Source of the DNA: a virus | Taxonomy: Duplodnaviria > Caudoviricetes | IMG/VR virus record: IMGVR_UViG_2773857716_000001 | Location: 28,559 to 92,558 of that record | Length of the DNA: 64,000 bases | Reading direction: 5' to 3' (one strand) | Shown: piece by piece, positions 7,712-16,978 of the stretch | Layout: every line of letters begins with the position of its first letter | Numbering within the stretch: the first letter of the stretch is position 1 | Translations under genes and position numbers: made by a program | Notes under the pieces: model-generated | The model's database searches: none | The model's input: only the letters and a program-made list of their open reading frames with translations | What the model was told of the DNA's origin: nothing

Positions 7712-9337
7712 TCAGGCGGCGACCGCCAACTTCGCGGCGCCGCCCTGCTCCTCGTAACGAGACAGTTCCTCGCCGCTGATGGCCTCGACCAGCGCGCACA
7801 GCAGCACCTCGGCGGCGTTCGGCGTGACGGCGTTCCCGTACTGGCGCACCCGCTCCCGCTTCGAGCCGAGGACCGTGTAGTCGTCAGCAAAGGACATCGC
7901 GCGGCCGATCTCGTGCGGCTCAAGCATGCGGAACCGCACATCTTCGATGGCCGGCTGGCCGTTCACCAGGGCGTACCGGTCCCGAGTCGTCAGGGCACCC
8001 ACAGGGGCGGTGACGGGCCGGGCGGCGCCGTTGCCGTAGTACGGGACCAGGAGGTGCTCGGTGATGCTGTCCGGAGTGACCAGGCCGTGATGGTTGCCAG
8101 AGGCGCACACGGTGGCGAGGGCCTCGGAGACGGAGCGGGCGACTGATCCGCCGCCGCGCAACTCTGCGACGAACGGCAACCAGGCCAATCCCGTTTCGTT
8201 GCGGGTGGTCTGCGCTCGCAAAGGCAGGGCCGCCGAGGTCGCAGACTTCCCGTCTCGTCCTTCGACGGGCACCATCAGCGGCGGCACCGCGAGCGCGTCG
8301 TTCTCGCGGGTGGTGCGGGTCGGCATGGGATCCAGCACGCTTGACGCGTCGTTGCGCCATGTCCCGCCCGCGGGAACCATCATCGGCACCGGGGTGGCGA
8401 ACCGCTCCAGTCCGGCCTTGATCCGGGCGAGGGTCTTGTCCGCCAGGGGCCGGGCCCGGTCGCCGATGCGCTGGCCGGGGATCGACCAGTCGATCGCAGC
8501 CAGCGCGGGCAGCGCATCCGGCTCCACCACGCTGTTGCGGCACGTGGTGTGAGGGCAGCGGTAGACGTACTGCTGGCGGTAACGACCCATGTCGACGCCA
8601 GGGCGCTTCCACGACTGCACGGCCCGCACCCACTCGTCGCACGTCTCGCACCAGGCCCGCGGCCGCAGCCACTTGTCCCAGTCAGGCGTGCGGCCCAGCG
8701 ACTCGTGCCAGTAGCCGACGTACAGCCGGTCACGGGACTGCGGGGCCCGGTGAACGGTGCGGGGGTCGGCGTGCATGCTGTTCAGGGCGATGATGTGGGT
8801 GCGGTAGCCCATCTTGTGGATCTCGCCGATCCACCGGTCCCACTGGTCCCACGACCGCACGTCCACGACGTTCTCGACGATGCCGGCCTTGACCAGGCCG
8901 CCGCGTTCTATGACACCCCGCAGGTACAGCGGCACCTCCTCCATCAGCGCCCGGGACTCTTCCTCCAGCGTCGGGCCGCCCTCGTCGTCGGCCTCGAACT
9001 TGCTCTGCTCGATCGCGGCGTACAGGTCGAGGAGATCGCCCTGCATCGCGTTGACGAAGTCCCGCTTCTTGCCCTTGGCCACGCTCCAGTTGGTGCACTC
9101 CGGAGACGCCCAGAAGATGTCGGTGACCGGCCACGCCCACACCGGCGCCTTGCGGATGTCGCCGCGGTAGTGGTCGGCGTCCGGGAAGTTCGCGGCGTGC
9201 GACTCGATCGCCCGCTCCCAGTGGTTCGCCGCTCGGGCCACCCTCAGGCCAGGCACGGCGTGCGCGCCCTGGGAGGAGCCGCCGGCCCCGCAGAACCAGT
9301 CCATGACGGTCAAAGCGTCGTTGTCGTTGCGGTACAT
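7712..9337 (-). CDS. DNA (cytosine-5) methyltransferase
   Basis: Motif I DWFCGAGG, IV WASPEC, VI ENV, VIII QSRDR, X QYGNAV. Confidence 0.9.
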   Translation of the reverse strand: MYRNDNDALTVMDWFCGAGGSSQGAHAVPGLRVARAANHWERAIESHAANFPDADHYRGDIRKAPVWAWPVTDIFWASPECTNWSVAKGKKRDFVNAMQGDLLDLYAAIEQSKFEADDEGGPTLEEESRALMEEVPLYLRGVIERGGLVKAGIVENVVDVRSWDQWDRWIGEIHKMGYRTHIIALNSMHADPRTVHRAPQSRDRLYVGYWHESLGRTPDWDKWLRPRAWCETCDEWVRAVQSWKRPGVDMGRYRQQYVYRCPHTTCRNSVVEPDALPALAAIDWSIPGQRIGDRARPLADKTLARIKAGLERFATPVPMMVPAGGTWRNDASSVLDPMPTRTTRENDALAVPPLMVPVEGRDGKSATSAALPLRAQTTRNETGLAWLPFVAELRGGGSVARSVSEALATVCASGNHHGLVTPDSITEHLLVPYYGNGAARPVTAPVGALTTRDRYALVNGQPAIEDVRFRMLEPHEIGRAMSFADDYTVLGSKRERVRQYGNAVTPNAAEVLLCALVEAISGEELSRYEEQGGAAKLAVAA

Positions 9338-10233
9338 CAGGCGGCGTTCCTTTCGCGGTTGGCGGCAGTCGCGCGGGCGATGAGCGCGTCAAGGAAGTGC
9401 TCGAACGGCATCGGCTTCCGCTCCGGCGCCAGCCCCGGGACCTCCATGCCGAGGACACCCTTCTGCCGGGCGCCCTCCTTGATCTGCGTGAGGACGTCGG
9501 GGCGTTGCCAGTTCTCCTTGGCCTGCTCGTAGAACTTGGCGAGGATCGCGCCGGCCACCGGATCCGGCGACTCGCTGGCTGGCGGCGCCTGCTCGGCACC
9601 GCGACCTTCGGCAGGGACGGACGCGTCCTGAGTTGCGTCCGGCTCCGGCTCGGGCTGGACGGGCGGATCGACCGGCTCGGGCTGCGGTTCCGTGTCCTTC
9701 TGCCATTCGTTCGGCGGGTGCGGTGCCGAGAAGTGCACCACCGCGTCCGACTTCCCGCCGTTGTACAGGCCCAGGCCGAACTGGTCGCCGAGGTTGACCG
9801 CGCACCGCTTGAGGGCCTGGGACAGGGCCGTCTTCATCGCCATGTCGTGGGCGTCGCCCAGCTTCGGCTGGTTGATGGCGTCGCCGGCCGCGCCGTCTTC
9901 GAAGTGGGTGATCTCGCGGCCATCGGCGGCGTACACAGTGAGGCGGACCTGGGCGCGGTAGACGACGGTCCAGCGGCCCGGCTTGATCTCCTGCTGGGAC
10001 ACCAGGTCCAGGGAAAGCGTCTCGATGGAGAAGCCGCCGAAGCCGAAGATGCGGATCAGGTGACGGCGGACGTCCCAGGCTTCGACGTAGGACTGTCCTT
10101 GCGTATGGCAGACGCGGTTGCCGGCGATGCCCTTGTGCAGCATGCGGAGCTGGACGGGGGTGAAGCGGGGGGCCTGGTTTTGGGTGTGCTGGGTGGGGCC
10201 CTCCGCGGTTGCGGGGGCCTGCGTGTTCGCCAT
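9337..10233 (-). CDS. Rad52/Rad22 (Sak-like) single-strand annealing protein
   Basis: SYVEAWDVRRHLIRIFGFGGFS...AHDMAMKTALSQALKRCAVNLGDQFGLGLY. Confidence 0.85.
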   Translation of the reverse strand: MANTQAPATAEGPTQHTQNQAPRFTPVQLRMLHKGIAGNRVCHTQGQSYVEAWDVRRHLIRIFGFGGFSIETLSLDLVSQQEIKPGRWTVVYRAQVRLTVYAADGREITHFEDGAAGDAINQPKLGDAHDMAMKTALSQALKRCAVNLGDQFGLGLYNGGKSDAVVHFSAPHPPNEWQKDTEPQPEPVDPPVQPEPEPDATQDASVPAEGRGAEQAPPASESPDPVAGAILAKFYEQAKENWQRPDVLTQIKEGARQKGVLGMEVPGLAPERKPMPFEHFLDALIARATAANRERNAA

Positions 10234-10313
10234 GTGAGGTTCTCCAGGTATCAGGTTGTGAAGTGCGGGGCGCGTCTGGTGTCGGCGTCCAGGCCGCGCC
10301 CCGCAGGGAGCGG

Positions 10314-11159
10314 CTAGCTGCTCGGCGAGTCCTTACCGCGCTTGGAGCTGAGCCGGTTCAGCAGGCGAGTCACCGTCACGTAATGGACGCCGAACTCCTG
10401 GGACAGCGCCCACGGGACGATCGCCTGCGGGTCCGCGTCATAGCGGCGGACGATCTCCGCCTCATCCACCGGCGACAGACCCTGGCGCGGCTCAACGAGG
10501 AGTTCCACGGCGCCCTGGTTGAGACCGAACCGCTCGGTGATCTCCTCCACCGACGCGCCGGCCTCGTGCGCCTTGTACACCTCGGCCGGGTCGACGTCCC
10601 CGAACATCGGGTACTGCTGCTGGAGGAAGAGCCGCACCACCATGGCGGCGCCGCGGGGCTTCCATCCGAGCTCGCGAACGAAGTCCGGGTTCTTGATGAG
10701 GTTGGTGGCCTCGTCCTTGAGGCGCTTGTCGACGGTGAGGCTGAGGGTGCGTTCGTCGCCGGCGGAGGTGACTCGGGCTGCCGCCCTGGCGTAGGGGCCG
10801 GGGCGGAACTTGCCGTGGATGAACTCGTACAGGCCCTGGTCGCCGAGGGCGCTGACGTTGTCGCCAGCCTCTTCGGCTGCCTTGCGGACGTGGTCGCGTT
10901 CGACCTCCGGCATGTAGACGTTCATGGGGGTGGGGACGCGTTCGGCGTAGAGGCGCTTGATGAACGCTGCGCCGCTGGGGGTGAGGAGGCCGTCGACGGT
11001 GTCGGCGTATTCGGGTTCTCCTGCCGCGCGGAGGGCGTCTGCGGCGGCTTGAATATTGGCTTTGGTGCGTTGGTCGTTGCGGTGCAGTGGCACAGGGCGT
11101 GGTCCTCTCGGTGGCGCGGTCCGGCCGGTGCGGCCGGGCGGGCGCTTGTCTCGTGCCAC
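10314..11159 (-). CDS. hypothetical protein, probable DNA-binding (RHH-like and HTH-like segments)
   Basis: GTG start after AGAAGGAGG; ASVEEITERFGLNQ and WALSQEFGVHYVTVTRLL. Confidence 0.55.
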   Translation of the reverse strand: MARDKRPPGRTGRTAPPRGPRPVPLHRNDQRTKANIQAAADALRAAGEPEYADTVDGLLTPSGAAFIKRLYAERVPTPMNVYMPEVERDHVRKAAEEAGDNVSALGDQGLYEFIHGKFRPGPYARAAARVTSAGDERTLSLTVDKRLKDEATNLIKNPDFVRELGWKPRGAAMVVRLFLQQQYPMFGDVDPAEVYKAHEAGASVEEITERFGLNQGAVELLVEPRQGLSPVDEAEIVRRYDADPQAIVPWALSQEFGVHYVTVTRLLNRLSSKRGKDSPSS

Positions 11160-11220
11160 CAGTTTCCTCCTTCTACCTTGGGTTGGGCTAACAGGTTGGT
11201 GCGGTGTTCTGGAACCACAG

Positions 11221-11257
11221 TACACGAACCTGTTTGCTTAACACCAGGTTCAATGTA
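11221..11257. promoter_or_regulatory. inverted repeat in a divergent promoter region (operator candidate)
   Basis: tacacGAACCTG-N12-CAGGTTCaatgta, AT-rich, between divergent genes. Confidence 0.5.
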
Positions 11258-11290
11258 GTGTGGGGTTACGTCCTACCGAGGAGCGCCCCA

Positions 11291-11575
11291 ATGCGACACA
11301 CCCGCCGCGCCATCCGAGCCGCACACGCCACAGGCCACGCCCTCCTGGCAGCCGCCTGCGGACTCGTTGGCCTCCTCCGCTACGCCGCCGACACCGGCCG
11401 CACCGTCCGCATCGCCTACGTCAAGGAAGACGGCACCGCGTCGATCCGGGACATCCGCCCCGAGCAGGTCCGACGCAGCAAGGCCGGCTACCTGTACGTC
11501 CGCGCCCACGACTTCCTCCGCGACGCGGCCCGCTCCTTCCGCCTCGACCGCATCACCGCCCTGGAGACCGCCTGA
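11291..11575 (+). CDS. stand-alone WYL domain protein
   Basis: VRIAYVKEDG...RDIRP...YVRAHDFLRDAARSFRLDRI. Confidence 0.85.
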   Translation: MRHTRRAIRAAHATGHALLAAACGLVGLLRYAADTGRTVRIAYVKEDGTASIRDIRPEQVRRSKAGYLYVRAHDFLRDAARSFRLDRITALETA

Positions 11576-11636
11576 CAGGCAACACCCGCCCCGAACCGCG
11601 ACACCATCAAAGAACAGCCCCCAAAGGAGAATCCGC

Positions 11637-12077
11637 ATGGCCACAACCTCCCAGCCCAAGACCCTGGACCTACTCCGCATTGCCACGAGCCTGGTTACCG
11701 AGAACATTCGGCACGGCTCCCCGTCGATGTTGATGCGCCGCATCAACCAGGACCACGGCATCAGCATCGGCTTCGAAACCGCCCGAGCTCTGCTGATCGA
11801 CCTGTACGCAGCAGGAATCGTCGCCGCCGTGGATCGAAAGACCCACGCCTACCCGGTGTTGCTGGAGCGTCAGGCCGCCCTGACTGCCCTGGAGAGCTAC
11901 GTCGGCAGCGGAACCACGGACCGGCAGACGCTGTATGAGTGCCCCCAGTGCTCCCGCGTCGCCGCGTGGACCGACGGTCGCAAGGTCTCCGCTGGCGACG
12001 AGGTCGACGAGTTCTGGTGCCAGACGTGCGGGGCGGAGGTGCCGCTGAGCGGCTGCACCATCGTTTCCACTGCCTGA
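11637..12077 (+). CDS. FtsK gamma-like winged helix fused to a Zn ribbon
   Basis: LLRIATSLV...GSPSMLMRR...IGFETARALLIDLYAAGIV resembles the FtsK-gamma consensus; CPQC...CQTC; AAAGGAG RBS. Confidence 0.6.
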   Translation: MATTSQPKTLDLLRIATSLVTENIRHGSPSMLMRRINQDHGISIGFETARALLIDLYAAGIVAAVDRKTHAYPVLLERQAALTALESYVGSGTTDRQTLYECPQCSRVAAWTDGRKVSAGDEVDEFWCQTCGAEVPLSGCTIVSTA

Positions 12078-12189
12078 CCCCAGGAACGACGAAGGCCACC
12101 GCCCCGAACCGGGTGGTGGCCTGAACACGCGCCGCGTACAACGCGGACAGTGTACCCGCGGACCTCACCACCCCACAAGGAGAAGGCAC

Positions 12190-12522
12190 ATGACCGCACA
12201 CCCCACCGCTGGATCGAGGGTCCGCATCGTCATCGAGGACACCATCGAGTCCTTCGACTCCGGCACCCTCCGCACCACCGGAGGTGTCTACATCGAATCC
12301 CTCGGCGAGCCGGGAGCCCTCACCCTCCAGGTCCTGGAGCCCGGCTGGCAGCTCGGCGACATCGTTCACGACGGCCGCGACCAGCTCGTCCGCATCAACA
12401 AGGGCGACGGCGTCCACGTCTGGCAGCGGCCCAACGGCTACGTCACCTACGACGACGAGACCAACCTCGCCAGCCTCCGAGTCATTCGTACCGCCTCCAC
12501 CCGAGTCGGCAAGGAGAACTGA
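12190..12522 (+). CDS. hypothetical protein
   Basis: ORF with RBS and GC3-rich codons. Confidence 0.6.
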   Translation: MTAHPTAGSRVRIVIEDTIESFDSGTLRTTGGVYIESLGEPGALTLQVLEPGWQLGDIVHDGRDQLVRINKGDGVHVWQRPNGYVTYDDETNLASLRVIRTASTRVGKEN

Positions 12523-12524
12523 CC

Positions 12525-12794
12525 ATGGGCGCCTACGCCACCGTCTTCGTCCTGAGCATTGTCAGCATCGGCACCGACATCACGCTCTACCTGAAACGGC
12601 GCATCAACCTGAAGGGTGCGGCCGCCTGGTTCGCCCTCACCATGCTGACGCTCGCCCTCGCCGCCGGATTCGCAGGCTTCACCCGAACCGCGCTTCTGGC
12701 CACCATCTCAGCAGTCGGCATGTCCTTCACGTGGTGGGGGCTCGTCCAACAGAAGGCCCCCCAGACGCGATCGTCGGGGCGGACCGCCCCGTGA
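12525..12794 (+). CDS. small three-TM membrane protein
   Basis: Hydrophobic segments; AAGGAG RBS. Confidence 0.6.
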   Translation: MGAYATVFVLSIVSIGTDITLYLKRRINLKGAAAWFALTMLTLALAAGFAGFTRTALLATISAVGMSFTWWGLVQQKAPQTRSSGRTAP

Positions 12795-12994
12795 CGTCCC
12801 GCCCGCAGCAACCGTCCCTGCCCATCCCCGAGCAGGGACGCAGCCGCATCTGGTGCCGCGGCGCAGGCTGCCACCACGAACTCACCGACCCGGAATCCCG
12901 CAAGCGCGGATACGGGCCCGTCTGTGACCCCGAGACCCGCAACCGCGACCCGCGCACCGAGCACGTCGACCAGGACACCATCCCCGGCACGTGA
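12791..12994 (+). CDS. DUF6011-like Zn-binding protein
   Basis: C....CHHELTDPESRKRGYGPVC. Confidence 0.6.
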   Translation: MTSRPQQPSLPIPEQGRSRIWCRGAGCHHELTDPESRKRGYGPVCDPETRNRDPRTEHVDQDTIPGT

Positions 12995-13004
12995 GGAGCC
13001 AACC

Positions 13005-13208
13005 TTGACCAGCCCCGCGTACTACGACCAGGACAAAGACCCCTTCGGCCCCTTCGAATACGTTGAACCCGGCGACCGGTGCCAGGGTGCAGAAGGGGAT
13101 TGTGACGGCATCCGAAGTCGATGCACGGGGCGCGCCAGCACCTGCCGCTGCATGTGCCCGGCGTGCTGCGGCGATACCCCAGACGTGTGGGGCGCCCCGG
13201 TCTACTGA
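13005..13208 (+). CDS. small Cys-rich protein
   Basis: TTG start after GAGGAG; CRCMCPACC. Confidence 0.5.
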   Translation: MTSPAYYDQDKDPFGPFEYVEPGDRCQGAEGDCDGIRSRCTGRASTCRCMCPACCGDTPDVWGAPVY

Positions 13209-14206
13209 CGCCCGGCCGCCTGCTCCTGCGCCCACTCCACCCCGCGGCGCCACTGCTCCACCCTCAGCGGCAAAGGAGACCACGGACCCGGCCCCTTCCA
13301 CCGCGCCGCCAACACCCCGTTCAGCCGCGCCATGCCCGCACTGAACCCCATCCGCAGGCCCTGCGCCCTCAACGGCATGCCCGCCTCGTACGTCTGCCCC
13401 ACACCCCCAACCAGGCGGCCCATCCTCTGCACCGTCACCCACAACATGCCGTGATCCGACCCCTCCAGTCCAGCCACCAGCTCGTCACGGAACCGCAGCC
13501 ACCGCCCCAACGCCGCTACCGTCCCGGGCGACAACACCGCCGGCTCCGCACGGGCCCGGCCCCAGCCCTGCGGAGTCCACACCCCCTCCACCCACGGATC
13601 GCCCTCGTCGAGGTGCACATGCTCCACCCGGCGAGTAGCCAGGTCACCCGAGCGCATCCGCGAATCCAGCACCAGCCCGGCACACGCCAACGACCGCGCC
13701 ATCAAGGCGTCCACCGGGGCGTCACCCGACAGCCACACCAGCCGCTCGTACACCGCCTCCAGCTGCGCAGCCTCCGCCACCGGCGCCAGGTCCAGCCGCT
13801 CCCGGTACACCCGCGGCGCCACCACCTGCACCCCGACCTCCTCGCCGAGGATGACGATGCAGTCCCGCAGCATCGCCCGGGTCGACCACGGCAGCGGCTT
13901 TCCCAACAGCTTCGCCTTGTCCGGGTCCCGGAACGCGCCCTCGCTGGCCAACTCCAAGAACACGTCCACCGACTCCGCGGCCAGCAGCCGCTTCACCGAC
14001 CGGCCGCAGCCCTCCGGCATCCCCTCATGCCCCACCGCCAAGCCCAGCTGCCGCACCGTCGCCCGCAACTGCCGCGCCCGCGAAGGGGACACCAGCCGGC
14101 CACGCTTCAACGCCGGCCGCGCCTCCCACCGGTCCGGGTCCCGCGGCGCCACCCGCTCCACCACGCTCTCCAGCCGTCGGATCGCCGGTGGTCCCTGCTC
14201 TGCCAC
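13202..14206 (-). CDS. divergent tyrosine-recombinase-like protein apparently lacking the C-terminal catalytic Tyr region
   Basis: RSLACAGLVLDSRMRSGDLA (box I-like); ends shortly after LRVEQWRR. Confidence 0.55.
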   Translation of the reverse strand: MAEQGPPAIRRLESVVERVAPRDPDRWEARPALKRGRLVSPSRARQLRATVRQLGLAVGHEGMPEGCGRSVKRLLAAESVDVFLELASEGAFRDPDKAKLLGKPLPWSTRAMLRDCIVILGEEVGVQVVAPRVYRERLDLAPVAEAAQLEAVYERLVWLSGDAPVDALMARSLACAGLVLDSRMRSGDLATRRVEHVHLDEGDPWVEGVWTPQGWGRARAEPAVLSPGTVAALGRWLRFRDELVAGLEGSDHGMLWVTVQRMGRLVGGVGQTYEAGMPLRAQGLRMGFSAGMARLNGVLAARWKGPGPWSPLPLRVEQWRRGVEWAQEQAAGRQ

Positions 14207-14208
14207 GC

Positions 14209-15315
14209 CTACTCCCCTCTCTGCTGCTGCGCCATCACCCGCGCCACCGCCGCCGGGTCCACCGACGACGGATCAGCACCCAGCGCGGCCGCCACCGCCC
14301 GCACCAGGGCAGCATCGACCTCGGGCACAGTCTCCCCTGACAGGGCCGTTGCCAGGGCCTCAACCGTCGCCCGCCGGCCACGTCCCCGGTCGTAGCGTTT
14401 CGTGGTGTTGAGGCTGGCGTGCCCGACCAGGTCAGCGACGTCCTCGATGTCCTGCCCGGCGTCCCGCAGCAAAGTGACCGCGGTGTGCCGCAGGCCGTGC
14501 GGCGTCACCCCCGTATCCAGGCCGGCGGAGGCAAGGAGTGTCTTGAGGAGGTAGGCGACCTGCTGACGGGTTATGCGGGCGCCCTTGTCGCCGAGGAACA
14601 GGGGCCCGCGCCGTTCGCCGCGGTAGTCCTTGAGGGCAGTGTCTACCTGGTCGGGCAGGTCGATGTTCTGCTTCTTGCCGCCCTTGCGCTTCACCCGGAT
14701 CGCGGGGCCGTCGTTCTTGCGGACGAGGTCGGTGCAGTCGGCGGCGCACACCTCGGAAACCCGCAGACCGCAGTGGAGCAGCACGGCGATCAGCGCGTAG
14801 GCCCGCAGCCCGGACGCCTCCGCCACGTCGAGGAGCCTGCGGGCCTCGTCGAGGTTGAGGCTCTGCGTCGCCGACTCGTCATCGACCATGGGCCGTTCGA
14901 CGTACTGGAAGGGGTTCTCGTCCACCAGGGCGCGGTGCTTGCGCACGCAGTACGTGTAGAAGGAGGACACCCCCGACATACGGCGGGCGACAGTGGTGGG
15001 CGGGAAGCCGTCCTTGATGCCGTACCGGGTGTGGTGCCGGCCGTGGAGGAGGTGCTCGCGCCACAGGTCGCAGTGGTGCTGCTCAGCCGCGAGAGGGTCG
15101 CCGCCGAGGGTGGCGCAGAACGTGAACCACTCGCCGAGGTCGCGGCGGTAGGCGTCGCGGGTGTTGGTGTTGGCCTTGGACAGGAGGAAGAGATCGCGGA
15201 GTTGCTCGTGTGGGAGCGGTGCGCGCTGCTGGACGCCTGTGTCGGTGGCTACGGCGGGGAGGCGATCGTCGTCCACCAGCTCGGCGTCGACCACCTCCAG
15301 ATCGGTCCCGGTCAC
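14209..15315 (-). CDS. XerC/D-like tyrosine recombinase (resolvase/integrase)
   Basis: GLRVSE, KRKGGK, PHGLRH, VGHASLNTTKRYD; N-terminal SAM-like NTRDAYRRDL. Confidence 0.92.
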   Translation of the reverse strand: MTGTDLEVVDAELVDDDRLPAVATDTGVQQRAPLPHEQLRDLFLLSKANTNTRDAYRRDLGEWFTFCATLGGDPLAAEQHHCDLWREHLLHGRHHTRYGIKDGFPPTTVARRMSGVSSFYTYCVRKHRALVDENPFQYVERPMVDDESATQSLNLDEARRLLDVAEASGLRAYALIAVLLHCGLRVSEVCAADCTDLVRKNDGPAIRVKRKGGKKQNIDLPDQVDTALKDYRGERRGPLFLGDKGARITRQQVAYLLKTLLASAGLDTGVTPHGLRHTAVTLLRDAGQDIEDVADLVGHASLNTTKRYDRGRGRRATVEALATALSGETVPEVDAALVRAVAAALGADPSSVDPAAVARVMAQQQRGE

Positions 15316-15331
15316 GGCTGCATCCGGTTGG

Positions 15332-15661
15332 TCATGCTGCGAACTCCTGACGGAAGGAGTGACCGCATGGGCTCATGCTGATGAGCTGCGCAACCCCTGC
15401 GGCTTCCCGGATGTGGGTGAAGTCGGCGTCCTCGTAGGCGAGGATCGACTCCGTCTCGACCGTGGACACTTCGGCGTGACAGTGGGGACAGCGGTAGTCC
15501 ATGCGCGCAATGACCGGGCCCCGCCGCTCGGCGGCCGCGAAGGCTGAGCGGAGGTTCTGGCTCATCTGCGACGTCCAGTCGCCGGTTGCGAGCTTGTACG
15601 CGGCGATGGGGCCCTCGAACTCTCGGTACCTCGCGTGCAGAGGAAGCTGTTGAGTGCTCAT
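15332..15661 (-). CDS. hypothetical Zn-ribbon protein
   Basis: CPHC...PCGH; first gene of the recombinase run. Confidence 0.5.
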   Translation of the reverse strand: MSTQQLPLHARYREFEGPIAAYKLATGDWTSQMSQNLRSAFAAAERRGPVIARMDYRCPHCHAEVSTVETESILAYEDADFTHIREAAGVAQLISMSPCGHSFRQEFAA

Positions 15662-15672
15662 GACCTTGACGC

Positions 15673-15704
15673 TAACAGCGATTCTCCATAATCGCTGTTA
15701 TGGA
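15673..15704. other. dif-like / resolvase site made of two overlapping dyads
   Basis: TCCATAA-tcgctg-TTATGGA (15685-15704) overlapping TAACAGCGATT-ctccat-AATCGCTGTTA (15673-15700), upstream of the recombinase genes. Confidence 0.6.
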
Positions 15705-15738
15705 ATCCCCGGATACGGAGGACGTGTCCGAATCTTCG

Positions 15739-15990
15739 TCAGGAGCGATTCTCCGCCGAGGCGTTCCAAGCGGCACCGGCGCGAGCTTCCGCCCGAGCCG
15801 CACTCCGCGCGTTGCAGCCATAGCACCCTAGGGCAGCGAAAGCCGGCAGCCCCTCGGGATCAGGGTTGGCCGCCGCCTTGGTGAAAGGGAGGTACCAGCC
15901 GTCCGGGGTGCCGCACTCCTTGCACCACCTCTGCTGCAACTGCCCTGGCACGTATCCGTCAATGGTCACCGGCAGGCGCTGTTCTCTCAT
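15739..15990 (-). CDS. small CxxC-CxxC protein
   Basis: WCKEC...GCYGC. Confidence 0.4.
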   Translation of the reverse strand: MREQRLPVTIDGYVPGQLQQRWCKECGTPDGWYLPFTKAAANPDPEGLPAFAALGCYGCNARSAARAEARAGAAWNASAENRS

Positions 15991-16056
15991 GAGACGGAGC
16001 GTACGGGGGAGGCAGTGTCTGCCGTGGAAGGCAATGCTAGCTACGGGTCAGGAACA

Positions 16057-16284
16057 TTAACCGGAGCCAGACGGATCGGTGCCCCAGTGAGCGACCTCTT
16101 CGGGCGGGACCACGCGATGGTCGGCTTCCTCCAGGTGCACCCAGCCCCACGGCGCCCAGTCGGACGGCTCACCGGGCTCGGCGTTGTCGATGCTCAGGAA
16201 CTCCGCATCCTTGAAGCAGGCTTGGCATCTGAAGACGTCGACCCACTCCAAGTCACCTATCGGCTCATTCGGCTTGAAGGGCAT
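16057..16284 (-). CDS. small hypothetical protein
   Basis: ORF with natural amino acid composition in a lower-GC patch. Confidence 0.4.
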   Translation of the reverse strand: MPFKPNEPIGDLEWVDVFRCQACFKDAEFLSIDNAEPGEPSDWAPWGWVHLEEADHRVVPPEEVAHWGTDPSGSG

Positions 16285-16831
16285 ATGTGAGCTTATCGGG
16301 AATCAGAGGCAAGATCAGGTAGGTGTTCCCCCCGACAAGAAGCCGGCGAAGGCTTCAGGACCTCCCACTCACCCGACGCCCCAAGCACCAACCCGCGATC
16401 ACAGCCGGCGCACCGGGCGAACCGCACAGGAACGCAATCGATGTCAGCAACTGGCTGATGGGCGAAGCAGGTTCCGGCACGCCGGATCTGCACAGCCATC
16501 GCGGCAGCCGAACCAGCAGGCGGAGCGATACCGAGGAGAAGGTGCTCAAGGACAGTGACGAGTGTTCGGCTGGGACGCGGCACGGATGCTCCTCTTCGAC
16601 GGCCGGGATATCAGGAGAGTATCTGGGGCGAGGCGAGTTGGTGTCCCGACACCGCCAACCGGAGGCGCACTGCCGTTTCTTCGCCTGGATCGATCCTAAG
16701 CTCGGCGGTCGTTGGCGCCAGATCGCCATCTAGCCTCCCCACGTCGAACTGAATCCTTGGATTGAACCCTTGACATACATCTTTGCCTTGGTACCTTGGG
16801 TGTACGAGATAGGCAGACCGAAGGAGCAGTC

Positions 16832-16975
16832 ATGAAGGTGTACACGCTCGTCATGCAGATCGAGACCGAGGATGACGACCAGCTCTCCGCCAAGGACGTC
16901 AAGGCGATGGTCTACGACGCCGGGAGCGACCTCCCGTTCGGCTTCGAGATCACGAAGGTCGAAGAGGCGAACTGA
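16832..16975 (+). CDS. 47-aa hypothetical protein
   Basis: MKVYTLVMQIETEDDD...; GAAGGAG RBS; TTGACA at 16770 upstream. Confidence 0.55.
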   Translation: MKVYTLVMQIETEDDDQLSAKDVKAMVYDAGSDLPFGFEITKVEEAN

Positions 16976-16978
16976 CCG

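Noticed and set aside
14209-15315. Recombinase as a prophage integrase marking an att boundary
   Set aside because: Element genes continue on both sides with no tRNA or host genes; a resolvase or invertase role fits better
16293-16733. Overlapping short ORFs in a lower-GC patch
   Set aside because: No clear RBS, codon bias or motif to choose a real frame
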